Source: an uncultured Planctomycetales bacterium
GTDB taxonomy: Bacteria > Omnitrophota > Gorgyraeia > Zapsychrales > JAHFFX01
Reading direction: 5' to 3'
NCBI GenBank assembly: GCA_964612665.1
Contig: CAZTCI010000003.1
Location: forward strand, 128,969-192,968
Length of the DNA: 64,000 nucleotides
Of this stretch, positions 29,576 through 39,073 are shown piece after piece. The first letter of the stretch is position 1, and each line of letters begins with the position of its first letter. The position numbers were made by a program, and so were the translations under genes. Below the pieces are notes generated by a model. The model did not search any database, was not told the origin of the DNA, and saw only the letters and a program-made list of their open reading frames with translations.

Positions 29576-29645
29576 AACGCGAATTCTCGCGAATTGCACA
29601 CAAATATTCGCGAATATTAGTGTGCAATTCGCGAGAATTCGCGTT
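29576..29645. repeat. 70-bp near-perfect palindrome upstream of tRNA-Gly
   Basis: The 26-bp arms are aacgcgaattctcgcgaattgcacac and gtgtgcaattcgcgagaattcgcgtt. They flank a self-palindromic core, aatattcgcgaatatt. There is one mismatch overall. The TCGCGA and GAATTC sub-motifs recur. Confidence 0.6.
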
Positions 29646-29687
29646 AACCTTTCGATTTTTCAACAATCTCAAAGCACGAACGACGAT

Positions 29688-30317
29688 TCAACTCATGACC
29701 TTCAAAAATCTTTTAGTTGCCTCTAACGGCGAAGGCGCTTCACAAATCGCCCGGCAAACAGCGATACGATTAATCCCTTGCGTTTTCAAAATCTGCGCTT
29801 TTTTTAAATCAATCCCGCCGATCGCAAAAATAGGCAGCGGCGTTTTTCGAATCGCTACTGTTAGCAAATTTAAATCCATCGGCTCACGGTCTGGTTTGGT
29901 TTTCGTTTTAAAGACTGAACCAAACCCGATGTAATCAGCACCCTCATGCACGGCGTTTTTTAGCTGCGGCCATTTCTGACAAGAAGTCCCGATAATCGCT
30001 TGAGGTCCTAAGATTTTTCTCGCCAGCGAAACGGGTAAATCATCTTGTCCGACATGAACTCCGTCGGCGCCTGAAGCCGAGGCCAAATCCGCGCGGTCAT
30101 TTAAGATAAAAGGCACGCGGCCTTTTAACAATTTAACGAGCTTCTTAGAAAAATCGAAAATTGCTTTGGCCGAACTCTGTTTATCGCGAAGCTGTATAAT
30201 ATCAATACCGCCGGCAACCGCCTGCCGCGCGGTTTCAAACAACGCCTCGAAACCCGCCACATCTCGGTCTAAAATCAAATAAATCTTAGCGCCCAACAAT
30301 TTTTGTTTCGACTGCAT
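29688..30317 (-). CDS. thiE: Thiamine-phosphate synthase
   Basis: The 209-aa product has a TIM barrel. The motifs are IIQLRDK and GADGVHVGQDD. Confidence 0.85.
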   Translation of the reverse strand: MQSKQKLLGAKIYLILDRDVAGFEALFETARQAVAGGIDIIQLRDKQSSAKAIFDFSKKLVKLLKGRVPFILNDRADLASASGADGVHVGQDDLPVSLARKILGPQAIIGTSCQKWPQLKNAVHEGADYIGFGSVFKTKTKPDREPMDLNLLTVAIRKTPLPIFAIGGIDLKKAQILKTQGINRIAVCRAICEAPSPLEATKRFLKVMS

Positions 30318-30699
30318 AAGTCTGATAACGCAATTTCTTTAACCGTTCGGCGGTGCGGGTATCGATCAGCTTCACGAATTCTTCCAAAACCCGTAACGAT
30401 TCTTTAAGCCGCTGTGAATTTGCGTAAAGAATGTCGTCGACATCTTCCCGCTTTAGTTCTGAAACTTGCGAACGAACGCCGATATCGCCTTCAATGTTAC
30501 GTTCTTTTATTAACTTTTTTACATCTAAAGCTTCAACCGCCGCGGTTAATTCGTGGCGGATTCTTTTATAAGCCCGCGTGTTGGCTGAATCATCCCGGAT
30601 AAAACGGCAAACATCTTCACAAACCCGCGCCGCTTCTTTGGCCCGGTTAAAATTAGCATCGATCGTCCGCCAAATTTTCTTGTCATCTATTTTGGACAC
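30286..30699 (-). CDS. Hypothetical protein overlapping the thiE start; possibly a ThiE-associated domain
   Basis: The 137-aa product is helical and charged. Its stop overlaps the thiE start by 32 nt. No confident family match was made by eye. Confidence 0.35.
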   Translation of the reverse strand: MSKIDDKKIWRTIDANFNRAKEAARVCEDVCRFIRDDSANTRAYKRIRHELTAAVEALDVKKLIKERNIEGDIGVRSQVSELKREDVDDILYANSQRLKESLRVLEEFVKLIDTRTAERLKKLRYQTYAVETKIVGR

Positions 30700-31175
30700 T
30701 GCTTTAAAATATTTTCGATGATATTCGTCGTGGAGAATGAATCCACATATTTGATAAATTCAACCCGGCCGCCGTTTTTCTTAACGATATCAGCACCGAC
30801 GACTTCTTTGCCTTTCCAATCCGCACCTTTAATCAAGACATCAGGTTTAAGAGCTTCAATAACTTTAATCGGCGTTGGTTCGTCAAAAATGGTGACAAAA
30901 TCAACACACGCAAGTCCTGCCATTAAGGCCGCGCGTTCCTTTTGACCAACAATAGGTCTTAGCGGTCCTTTAATCGCCTGCACGGATTGATCACTATTTA
31001 AAGCCACAATCAAAATACGGTTATTCTTTTTAGCGCTTTCTAAATAACTAACATGACCAAAATGTAAAATATCAAAACACCCATTAGTCAACGCAATTGC
31101 TTGTCCTTTGCGACGTAATGGCGCAAGACGTTTTTTCAAAGAAGCCAGATTTAAAATTTTGTTTTGCGAATTCAT
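30687..31175 (-). CDS. D-beta-D-heptose 1-phosphate adenylyltransferase (RfaE domain II / HldE C-terminal domain, stand-alone)
   Basis: The cytidylyltransferase-like motif GCFDILHFGH is present in a 162-aa protein. Confidence 0.8.
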   Translation of the reverse strand: MNSQNKILNLASLKKRLAPLRRKGQAIALTNGCFDILHFGHVSYLESAKKNNRILIVALNSDQSVQAIKGPLRPIVGQKERAALMAGLACVDFVTIFDEPTPIKVIEALKPDVLIKGADWKGKEVVGADIVKKNGGRVEFIKYVDSFSTTNIIENILKQCPK

Positions 31176-31216
31176 TTTGTCAAATTACGAGCATCCACAA
31201 AACGCGGAATGTTTTC

Positions 31217-31792
31217 TTAAGAAAATTGATTTTCAACGAGTTCGCAAATGGTATGCGCCATACAGATGTGTGATTCTTGAATGCGGGCGGTTATTTTTGA
31301 AGCGGCAATTAAATTGACATCGCATAGCGGCGCCAAATTTCCGCCGCTGCCACCGGTCAAAGAAATAACTTTAAGCCCTAGCTCCTTAGCTTTTTTTACA
31401 CCTTCAATAACATCTTTGGAATTACCACTGGTTGAAATCGCGACAACCACATCACCGGGGCGGCCAAGGGCTTCGAGCTGGCGGGCAAAAACGATGTCGA
31501 AGCTGTAATCATTTCCGAGGGCGGTTAGAATGGAGGTGTCGGTCGTTAAGGCCAAAGCGGCTAAAGCGCGTCTTTCCTTTTGGAAACGCCCGACGAATTC
31601 AGCTGCAATATGCTGACTGTCGGCGGCAGACCCGCCGTTTCCCATAAATAAAATCTTGCTGTTATTCTTTAAAGCGGCAGCAATGATCTCAACCGCTTTA
31701 ATCATGGCATCAAGATTATTCTTTAACGTTTCTTGTTTAACGCGGATCGATTCCGCGAAAATGGATTGAATAATTTCTTTCATAAATATCAC
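31217..31792 (-). CDS. gmhA: Phosphoheptose isomerase (SIS domain)
   Basis: The motif GNGGSAADSQHIAAEFVGRF is present. The likely start codon is GTG. Confidence 0.85.
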   Translation of the reverse strand: MIFMKEIIQSIFAESIRVKQETLKNNLDAMIKAVEIIAAALKNNSKILFMGNGGSAADSQHIAAEFVGRFQKERRALAALALTTDTSILTALGNDYSFDIVFARQLEALGRPGDVVVAISTSGNSKDVIEGVKKAKELGLKVISLTGGSGGNLAPLCDVNLIAASKITARIQESHICMAHTICELVENQFS

Positions 31793-31796
31793 GAAA

Positions 31797-31905
31797 CAGC
31801 GGGTCCTGCCACGATGATACGTTCGTGGGCCCCTCCGCCCGGTGTAGATCCTCCCACTCTCTCCTCACCGCGTCACCCGCTGTCAACGAATGGCTTTAAT
31901 AATTA
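31797..31905 (-). promoter_or_regulatory. GC-rich structured 5' leader upstream of gmhA; candidate cis-regulatory RNA
   Basis: The minus-strand RNA has a 9-bp closing helix, ACAGCGGGU...ACCCGCUGU, which encloses about 75 nt. Inner hairpins are GUGGG...CCCAC and CACGA...UCGUG. The 3' arm of the helix lies next to an AGGA Shine-Dalgarno and the start codon. Confidence 0.25.
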
Positions 31906-31911
31906 TAGTGA

Positions 31912-32946
31912 TTAATAAGCGCAAAAAACTTTGGCCATGTCATAAAGATCCATGTCAACTGTCTTACGGCGCTTTAAGGCCTCTTCAATTTCAACGGATT
32001 GGAGTTTGTTATCTCGGATGCTCACCATCTTGCCGAATTTATTTTCTTTAACCAATTCAACCGCTTTAACTCCAAAACGGGTCGCGATGATGCGGTCATA
32101 GGCACTGGGCGCGCCACCGCGTTGAATGTGGCCCAAAACACTCACGCGCGTGTCGTAGCCGGTGTTTTCTTCAATGGCTTGCGCTAAAATTTCACCGACC
32201 GCGCCGAAACGAAAATGCCCAAAATCATCGACGTGATTTTTGCGTTTCGTGTCCGGACAACCCTGCACTTGGGTTCCTTCGGCGATCACAATCAAGGTTG
32301 AATTTTTTCCGCGTTTATGGCGGATCTTAACCAAATCGCAGATGTCTTTAATATCGACGGGAATTTCAGGAATCAAAATCATGTCCGCGCCGCCGGCAAT
32401 TCCCGATTCAAGTGCGATCCATCCGGTATAAATTCCCATGACTTCGATAACCATGATCCGGTGATGGCTTTCGGCGGTTGTATGCAAACGATCGATGCAT
32501 TCAGTTGCGATATTAACCGCGGTGTCGAATCCAAAAGCGTAATCCGTTCCCCACAACGCGTTGTCAATCGATTTAGGAACTCCGACGACCTTCACAATAT
32601 TTTCCTGCTGAAAATTCAAAGCAACCCGCAGTGTATCTTCACCACCGATCGCAATCAGCGCATCGATGCCGCTGCGTTTGTAATTTTCCTTAATTTGTTT
32701 AATGGATTCGTCATCTTTGAGAGGATTAATGCGGCTTGTGCCCAGGATCGTACCGCCGCGGTCCAAAATGCCGGAAACCGCGCGCAAATCCAAAACGCGC
32801 ATGTCATTTTCGATCAATCCGGCCCAGCCGTTTTTGATTCCCGTCACAACGTAACCTTCTTGCATCGCCTTACGCACGACGGCGCGGATAACCGAGTTTA
32901 GCCCCGGACAATCCGCTCCTCCTGTTAGCACGCCAATTTTTTTCAT
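31912..32946 (-). CDS. pfk: 6-phosphofructokinase, likely PPi-dependent type
   Basis: The PFK fold is clear. The motifs GGEDT and PKSIDNA have Lys at the position diagnostic for PPi-PFKs, in place of the ATP-PFK motifs GGDGS and PGTIDND. Confidence 0.85.
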   Translation of the reverse strand: MKKIGVLTGGADCPGLNSVIRAVVRKAMQEGYVVTGIKNGWAGLIENDMRVLDLRAVSGILDRGGTILGTSRINPLKDDESIKQIKENYKRSGIDALIAIGGEDTLRVALNFQQENIVKVVGVPKSIDNALWGTDYAFGFDTAVNIATECIDRLHTTAESHHRIMVIEVMGIYTGWIALESGIAGGADMILIPEIPVDIKDICDLVKIRHKRGKNSTLIVIAEGTQVQGCPDTKRKNHVDDFGHFRFGAVGEILAQAIEENTGYDTRVSVLGHIQRGGAPSAYDRIIATRFGVKAVELVKENKFGKMVSIRDNKLQSVEIEEALKRRKTVDMDLYDMAKVFCAY

Positions 32947-32976
32947 AGATCAAACTTTCTCAAGGTTAGCGTAAAT

Positions 32977-33600
32977 TCATGCCCGATACCCCTGGAAGGG
33001 AATCGTTGGTGTCGGTTGATCAGGACGCTCCGGGAAATCACCTTTATAACGTTTTGATTTAACTTCTTCCGTCGATATTTTCATGACGTGAATACGGACG
33101 GTCACGGTTTCTTCGAGGCCGATCATTTCTTGAATTTTGTATTTAATAGAATCTTGTAGACGAGCGGTCAATTCGGGGATATTGACATCAGCTTTCAAAG
33201 TTAAACGCGCTTCAATGTCGAGTCCTTTTTTGGTGGCGATCATATTGGCTCGTACTTCCTTAACTTCTGGTTCGCGCATCGCTAAACGCTTGACCATATC
33301 TTCCATCGCGAATAGCGAGATCGTAACACGGCCGGAAGGATTATCGAAGGCAATCGTTCGTTCTTTCTGACGGGCGCCGGAAATAATACGGGCGAACAGA
33401 AAACTCAACATGATAAAAGCTATACCGACGACACCAATAATAAGTCGAATTTGTAAATCATTAGCGGTGATATTCAAATAATAGGTAGCTTGGCTTACTA
33501 AATTAGAATCAATTCGTGAGGCAAATAAAATCATTAAAACCCCAATGGCGGTTATGGTGATCACATAAAAAAGCAACGCAATCCTGGTAAAAAATTTCAT
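32977..33600 (-). CDS. Asp23/Gls24-family membrane anchor protein (AmaP-like)
   Basis: Two N-terminal TM helices precede a DUF322-like domain. Confidence 0.55.
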   Translation of the reverse strand: MKFFTRIALLFYVITITAIGVLMILFASRIDSNLVSQATYYLNITANDLQIRLIIGVVGIAFIMLSFLFARIISGARQKERTIAFDNPSGRVTISLFAMEDMVKRLAMREPEVKEVRANMIATKKGLDIEARLTLKADVNIPELTARLQDSIKYKIQEMIGLEETVTVRIHVMKISTEEVKSKRYKGDFPERPDQPTPTIPFQGYRA

Positions 33601-33956
33601 GTCTTCCCCCTCTCTATACCTTGGACGTTGACATTGACTTCACGTAAATGAACATCCGTGGATTTTTCAACCGCCATACGGACAACATCTTGAACCTGGC
33701 GCGCCGCTTCGGGAATATTAATGCCGTAACGGACATAAACTTTGAGTTCGATCGTGACTTGATTATTTTTGTCGACGGAAACGAGTACTCCGGGCGTTTT
33801 TTTATGACCGAATAAATCCAAAAATTGAAGACCCATATCTTTGGGGATTAAAGAAACACCGTCGATTTCTTCTACAGCGAGTGCTGCAATATCGCCGATG
33901 ACTTTTTTATGGATCTGAATCGATCCGAGATCAACTTTTTGGTCGGTAAGCATCAA
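33597..33956 (-). CDS. Asp23/Gls24 family stress protein
   Basis: The 119-aa product begins ...[15 protein letters not shown].... Confidence 0.75.
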   Translation of the reverse strand: MMLTDQKVDLGSIQIHKKVIGDIAALAVEEIDGVSLIPKDMGLQFLDLFGHKKTPGVLVSVDKNNQVTIELKVYVRYGINIPEAARQVQDVVRMAVEKSTDVHLREVNVNVQGIERGKT

Positions 33957-35311
33957 TGTCCCTCCGCGTCATTTTTCATTAATTTTTCCAGGAAATGCGT
34001 TGAGACCGTCCCATTTAAAAAGTCCGGATGATGCAGGATGTCTTGATGAAGACCAATCGTTGTTTTAATGGGACTGACATAAAATTCTTCCAAAGCGCGA
34101 AGCATAATGCGAATCGCTTCCCCTCTATTTTTACCATAAGTAATTAATTTGGCAACCATAGAATCATAGTACGGGCCGATCACATAGCCGGGATAAATAT
34201 GCGTGTCGATACGCAAACCTGGCCCGCCGGGCAAATTCAGTTCTTCAATCTTGCCGGGAGACGGCATAAAATTATTTTGCGGATCTTCGGCGTTAATCCG
34301 GCATTCGATGGCAGCGCCGGTCATTTTTACGTCATCTTGTTTTAGTTTAAGCTTTTCGCCGGCGGCAATCTTGATTTGTTCCTTAACTAAATCTATGCCG
34401 GTCACCATTTCAGTCACCGGGTGTTCGACTTGAATCCGTGTATTCATTTCCATGAAATAAAATTCACCGGAAGCATCCAATAAAAATTCAACTGTTCCCA
34501 ATCCACGGTAGTTAACGCTTTTGGCCGCCCGCACTGCTGTTTCGCCCATTTTCCGTCGGAGTTTAACGTTAAGTCCGGGTGACGGCGCTTCTTCCAATAA
34601 TTTTTGGTGGCGGCGTTGAATGCTGCAATCCCGTTCGCCTAAATGGATGATATGCCCGTGATGATCACCCATGATTTGAATTTCAACATGGCGCGGTTCG
34701 TTGACATATTTTTCGATGTAAACATCTGGATTGCCGAAGTTCGCTTCCGCTTCGGTGCGAGCCATATTAAAAGAACTGATCAAGCTCACATCATTATGAC
34801 AAACCCGCATGCCTTTACCGCCGCCGCCGGCCGCGGCTTTGATAATAACAGGATATCGAATCCGCTTCGCGATATCGAGCGCTTCTTCTTGGCCCTTGAT
34901 GACACCTTTACCGCCGGGCGTTAAAGGGACGCCGATTTTACGGACCGTTTCGCGCGCGATCACTTTGTCACCCATCGCACGGATGGCTTGCGGTGTCGGA
35001 CCTATGAATTTAATGTTACAAGATTCACAAATCTCGGCAAAGTGGGCGTTCTCCGCCAAAAATCCGTAACCGGGATGAATCGCTTCGACATCGGTAATTT
35101 CGGCGGCGGATATGATGGCTGGAATATTTAAATAACTCTCCCGGCTCGCCGGAGCGCCGATACAAATCGCCTCGTCGGCAAAACGAACATGCAATGAGTT
35201 TCGGTCCGCCTGCGAATAAATCGCAACCGTGCGGATGTTCATTTCTTTACAAGCGCGAATAATGCGCAGGGCAATTTCCCCGCGGTTAGCAATCAGAATT
35301 TTTGAAAACAT
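33953..35311 (-). CDS. accC: Acetyl-CoA carboxylase biotin carboxylase subunit
   Basis: An ATP-grasp fold is present. The N-terminus is [23 protein letters not shown]. Confidence 0.92.
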   Translation of the reverse strand: MFSKILIANRGEIALRIIRACKEMNIRTVAIYSQADRNSLHVRFADEAICIGAPASRESYLNIPAIISAAEITDVEAIHPGYGFLAENAHFAEICESCNIKFIGPTPQAIRAMGDKVIARETVRKIGVPLTPGGKGVIKGQEEALDIAKRIRYPVIIKAAAGGGGKGMRVCHNDVSLISSFNMARTEAEANFGNPDVYIEKYVNEPRHVEIQIMGDHHGHIIHLGERDCSIQRRHQKLLEEAPSPGLNVKLRRKMGETAVRAAKSVNYRGLGTVEFLLDASGEFYFMEMNTRIQVEHPVTEMVTGIDLVKEQIKIAAGEKLKLKQDDVKMTGAAIECRINAEDPQNNFMPSPGKIEELNLPGGPGLRIDTHIYPGYVIGPYYDSMVAKLITYGKNRGEAIRIMLRALEEFYVSPIKTTIGLHQDILHHPDFLNGTVSTHFLEKLMKNDAEGH

Positions 35312-35326
35312 AGATTTGATTTGAGA

Positions 35327-35800
35327 TTAAACCGGTTCTACAACAAAAAGAACCTGACCGAATTCAACCGGCTCCGCATTTTGAACCGTTACTTCGATAA
35401 CCTTACCTCTAACCTCAGATTTAATTTCATTCATGAGTTTCATGGCTTCAATAATACAAACGACTTGCCCTACTTCAACGGTTTGACCAACTTCAACAAA
35501 AGGGGCTGACTCTGGTGAAGGGGCGCGATAAAAAGTTCCGACCATGGGCGAGGTAATTTCAACTGTTTTTCTAGATGATACTGGCGCAGCGGAGGGTATT
35601 TCAGCGGAGGGTTTGGATGGAGTTGCGGAAGGAAGCGATTCGACACGGTACGACGGGGGTTGGAGGCGAAAAGATTCTGGAATGTCGTAGGAGATCGCTT
35701 TTTTAATCCTAATTTTTGTCCCTTCTTTTTCGATCTCCAATTCGGTTAGGTCGTTCTCATTCATGAGATTGACCATTTCCTTGATCTCTTTTAAGTTCAT
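35327..35800 (-). CDS. accB: Biotin carboxyl carrier protein
   Basis: The biotinylation motif EAMKLMNEI is present. Confidence 0.85.
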   Translation of the reverse strand: MNLKEIKEMVNLMNENDLTELEIEKEGTKIRIKKAISYDIPESFRLQPPSYRVESLPSATPSKPSAEIPSAAPVSSRKTVEITSPMVGTFYRAPSPESAPFVEVGQTVEVGQVVCIIEAMKLMNEIKSEVRGKVIEVTVQNAEPVEFGQVLFVVEPV

Positions 35801-36363
35801 TTTTGTACCCTTTCGACGTATTGGCCGTTACGGGTATCGATTTTTACCCAATCACCTTTATCAATAAAAAGTGGAACCTGCACAACAGCGCTTGTGTCAA
35901 TCGTGGCCGGTTTGTTGCCTGAACGGGAAGAATCCCCGCGGATACCGGGTTCACTTTCGATGATTTGAGCAATGATGAAATTGGGGAGATAAATTCGTTG
36001 GATTTGGCTGTTATAGTAAACGCCGATCACTTCCATATTGTCCTGCAGAAATTTGACGGCGTCGCCGATTTGTTTAAGGGTAAGCGTTTTTTCTTCAAAG
36101 CTGTTTTGATCCATGAAATGAAAATCATCGCCGGAGCGATAGAGATATTGCAGTTTGTTTTCTTCTAAGTTAACATCGTCGATTTTATCGGCAGAACGAA
36201 AGGTACGTTCGAGATTTAAATCTGTTTTGAGATTTTTCAGTTTGAGCCGGACAAAGGCCGCGCCTTTTCCGGGTTTGACGTGGGTCACTTCATTTACAAT
36301 ATAAACTTCATTATTAACTAAAATGCCAATGCCTGTACTTATTTCGTTAATGGATATCGTCAC
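35797..36363 (-). CDS. efp: Elongation factor P
   Basis: The product is 188 aa and contains KPGKGAAFVRLKLKNL. Confidence 0.9.
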   Translation of the reverse strand: MTISINEISTGIGILVNNEVYIVNEVTHVKPGKGAAFVRLKLKNLKTDLNLERTFRSADKIDDVNLEENKLQYLYRSGDDFHFMDQNSFEEKTLTLKQIGDAVKFLQDNMEVIGVYYNSQIQRIYLPNFIIAQIIESEPGIRGDSSRSGNKPATIDTSAVVQVPLFIDKGDWVKIDTRNGQYVERVQK

Positions 36364-37399
36364 TTAAGACCTCACATCCTTTTTGGGTTACCAGAACCAT
36401 TTCTTCAAGTCGAATGCCAAATTTCCCCGGCAGGTAAACCGCCGGCTCAACTGTCACAATCATCCCTGCTTTCAAAATAGCATTCGAATGAGGCGAAAGC
36501 CGCGGAGCTTCATGAATTTCAAGACCAACCCCGTGTCCCAAACCATGCCCGAAAAATTTATCTAAACGGTTTTTCTTTAAAAAGTTACGCGCTTCAAAGT
36601 CGACTTCTTTGGCCGGGATGCCAGCCGTAATCTTTTGGATTGCTCTTTGCTGCGCTTCCTTCACCAAATCATTAATTTGGCTCACAAAGCGCGGTATTCT
36701 ACCCAAAAAGAACATACGTGTCAAGTCGGACTTATAGCCATTTATGTCGATTCCCATATCAAGAAGAACCGGCTCGTCTCGACGGATTTTACGGGTTGTT
36801 GGCTTGGCATGCGGGTAGGCGGCATTCGGGCCTGAGGCGATAATCGGTGGGAAAGAAAACGTCACATCTTTAAATTTTACAAAAGTTTCTAGCTTACTTA
36901 AAATTTCTTTTTCGGTTACACCTGGTTTAATGGAAGGCTTGATAAAGTTCAGGGCTTCTTGGTGTAGACTTAAGGCCTGTCGCATCATGTCGACTTCAGC
37001 AGGCGATTTTATTTCTCGTAAGTATTCAACCAAATTGTTCACTGGCTTTAAAGTAACTGTCTTAGGACAATGATGGGCTAATTGCTTAAAAGCAGCGAAT
37101 GAAATATGCCGATCATCGAATCCAATTGCTTTAATTTTTAGGGTATCCGCAATCTCAAAAACCGTCTCATCCATTATTTTATGATAACGTTTAACGCTAA
37201 TGCCTTTCAACCCCTGCTGGGCTTCTGAGATGTAACGAAAATCGGTGATATAAAAAGTTTTCTTAGGCGTGACGAAAAGCCAAGATTCTGAAGCGGGAAA
37301 GTCCGTTAAATACCGGATATTAACATCTTTGGTAACGAGATAAGCATCAATTGTTTGTTTTTGGAAAGATGAAACGAGTTGTTTAAGGCATGGATTCAC
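36347..37399 (-). CDS. Xaa-Pro aminopeptidase (M24 family)
   Basis: The M24 metal ligands appear as HGLGHGVGLEIHE. Confidence 0.8.
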   Translation of the reverse strand: MNPCLKQLVSSFQKQTIDAYLVTKDVNIRYLTDFPASESWLFVTPKKTFYITDFRYISEAQQGLKGISVKRYHKIMDETVFEIADTLKIKAIGFDDRHISFAAFKQLAHHCPKTVTLKPVNNLVEYLREIKSPAEVDMMRQALSLHQEALNFIKPSIKPGVTEKEILSKLETFVKFKDVTFSFPPIIASGPNAAYPHAKPTTRKIRRDEPVLLDMGIDINGYKSDLTRMFFLGRIPRFVSQINDLVKEAQQRAIQKITAGIPAKEVDFEARNFLKKNRLDKFFGHGLGHGVGLEIHEAPRLSPHSNAILKAGMIVTVEPAVYLPGKFGIRLEEMVLVTQKGCEVLSDDIH

Positions 37400-37405
37400 T
37401 TCGAA

Positions 37406-37855
37406 TTAATTATCTTTTTGAGACAAAAAACTTATGATGGCTTGTAGACCTAGCACATAGCTAAGAACGCCAAAGCCGCTAATCTGACCGACGGCCACTG
37501 GCGCAATGAGTGATGTGTGGCGGAAATGTTCCCGTGCGTAAATGTTGGATAAGTGAACTTCAACGGTAGGAATGCGAACAGCAAGCAAGGCATCGCGAAT
37601 CGCCACACTGGTATGTGTATATGCAGCCGGATTGATTAAAATCGCGTTTACCCCGTCAGTTTTTGCTTGCCCGATCGTATCGACAATGTCGCCTTCGTGG
37701 TTGGATTGCATGATCTTTAAAGAGAACTCATATTTAGCGGCAAGATCTTCGAGTTTCGCATTAATGTCAGCGAGTGTTGCTTTTCCATAAATTTCGGTTT
37801 CACGCTGGCCGAGAAGATTCAAGTTCGGCCCGTGAATGACTAAAATTTTCTTCAT
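37406..37855 (-). CDS. aroQ: Type II 3-dehydroquinate dehydratase
   Basis: The N-terminus is [19 protein letters not shown]. Confidence 0.9.
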   Translation of the reverse strand: MKKILVIHGPNLNLLGQRETEIYGKATLADINAKLEDLAAKYEFSLKIMQSNHEGDIVDTIGQAKTDGVNAILINPAAYTHTSVAIRDALLAVRIPTVEVHLSNIYAREHFRHTSLIAPVAVGQISGFGVLSYVLGLQAIISFLSQKDN

Positions 37856-37858
37856 AAA

Positions 37859-38014
37859 CTATTTCTCCGCTTCATCAATCAGCAAAACCGGAATGCCGTC
37901 TTTAATCGGATATTTGCGGCCGCATTTGGTGCAGACAATCTTGTTATCTTTTAAAATGACATCCGCCTGACAGGCCGGACACGCTAAAATCGCTAACAGT
38001 TCTTTATCGATCAT
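37859..38014 (-). CDS. Trm112/YcaR-like small zinc-finger protein of 51 aa
   Basis: My translation gives MIDKELLAILACPACQADVILKDNKIVCTKCGRKYPIKDGIPVLLIDEAEK. The ORF is missing from the supplied track because it is under 60 aa. Confidence 0.6.
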   Translation of the reverse strand: MIDKELLAILACPACQADVILKDNKIVCTKCGRKYPIKDGIPVLLIDEAEK

Positions 38015-38406
38015 GTGGTCGGTTTCCCTTCCTTACCAGCCAATTCCACATAACGCAGCTGCAATTGGTATAAGGAATTGGTTAGAAGCTCATTTTCTTC
38101 CTGGGTGAGATTACCGACGGTCTTTTCTTTAAGTAACCCGAGTGTATCGATTAAAAACCGCGCTTGTTTTAAATTCTTTTCCGTTTGATTGGTCAAGGGA
38201 TGGGGCATGTCGCCTAAAAAAATCATGGCTTGGAACGCCAGGCTTGAGATATAACTAAAAAAATCGAGCCCGGAAAAATCATCTGGATCGGAGGCTTGGG
38301 GATTGGACTGGTTGTCTACCGGGGATTGAGACGCTACTGGCTCTTTTGTTTTTTCGCTTTCAACAGCGTCTTTCCAAGATTCATCTACAAATTTATCGTC
38401 GTGCAT
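38011..38406 (-). CDS. DUF1844-like protein
   Basis: It has an acidic N-terminus and the conserved segment LDFFSYISSLAFQAMIFLG. Confidence 0.6.
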   Translation of the reverse strand: MHDDKFVDESWKDAVESEKTKEPVASQSPVDNQSNPQASDPDDFSGLDFFSYISSLAFQAMIFLGDMPHPLTNQTEKNLKQARFLIDTLGLLKEKTVGNLTQEENELLTNSLYQLQLRYVELAGKEGKPTT

Positions 38407-38419
38407 AGGAATATCCTTA

Positions 38420-38480
38420 TTAAGTGGTAAGCATCAAATTTCCAATTCCAATGTTATTAGAATTTGGTGCTTGAAATTTT
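38420..38480. repeat. Partial copy of the CAAAT/ATTTG-rich element, copy C
   Basis: The segment caaatttccaattccaat ... aatttggtgcttg shares the aatttggtgcttg block with copy A. Confidence 0.3.
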
Positions 38481-38548
38481 TTGTTAAGTTCAATAGCGGT
38501 CTAGAATATCATTTGCCCTCTAAGTTGTCAACCGACCCTCTGCTATCT

Positions 38549-39073
38549 TTATTCCCTTAAAATCTGTGCAGCCACTTTTAAAATATCATACTGGGTGACA
38601 ATACCTGCCAGATAAAAATTTTTGTCTACAATAGGAATACAGCCATATTTATTATCCACCATAAGCATGATCGCCTTGGCCACGGCATCTTCGGGATGAA
38701 GTGTACAAGGATTTTTTGTCATAACATTTTTTAAAATATGTGTATTCAGACTATTTTGATCATAATACCAGCTTCCGTCATCCAAAATCCGGGGCGCCTG
38801 AATCCGGTATAAGTCCCGCTGAGTTACGAGCCCGGTCAATTTATTGTTCTTGTCTATAATGGGCAGATGCCGGATTGTAAATTGGCGAAATCTGTCTTCA
38901 ACGCAACTAAACGGTTCATCCTCATGAAGGCCTATCACTTTAGTGGTCATAATTTCTTGTAAGGTTACTTTATTCAGGAGAAGCTTAATGTAATAATCTT
39001 CAGGATGGTTCAGCGCCATTAGTATTACCTTTTTTCGAACCGTTAATTTTTTCATAAATCGCCTTAATCTCAA
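38549..39073 (-). CDS. CBS-pair domain protein
   Basis: Two CBS motifs are present. Confidence 0.7.
   Translation of the reverse strand: MRLRRFMKKLTVRKKVILMALNHPEDYYIKLLLNKVTLQEIMTTKVIGLHEDEPFSCVEDRFRQFTIRHLPIIDKNNKLTGLVTQRDLYRIQAPRILDDGSWYYDQNSLNTHILKNVMTKNPCTLHPEDAVAKAIMLMVDNKYGCIPIVDKNFYLAGIVTQYDILKVAAQILRE

Noticed and set aside
29576-29645. The idea that the GAATTC/TCGCGA-dense palindrome is a synthetic polylinker or vector contamination
   Set aside because: The flanks are ordinary genomic sequence (thiE, tRNA-Gly), and the element is much longer and more symmetric than a cloning linker. This should still be checked against raw reads.
29281-29700. An integrated mobile element at the tRNA-Gly 3' end
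   Set aside because: No integrase, direct repeat of the tRNA 3' end, or phage-like genes are seen on either side. The tRNA is followed only by a terminator hairpin and an NlpD-like gene.
29563-29934. Plus-strand 123-aa ORF starting in the thiE–tRNA spacer
   Set aside because: It is read straight through the 70-bp palindrome and then runs antisense into thiE. It is an artefact of the palindrome lacking stops.
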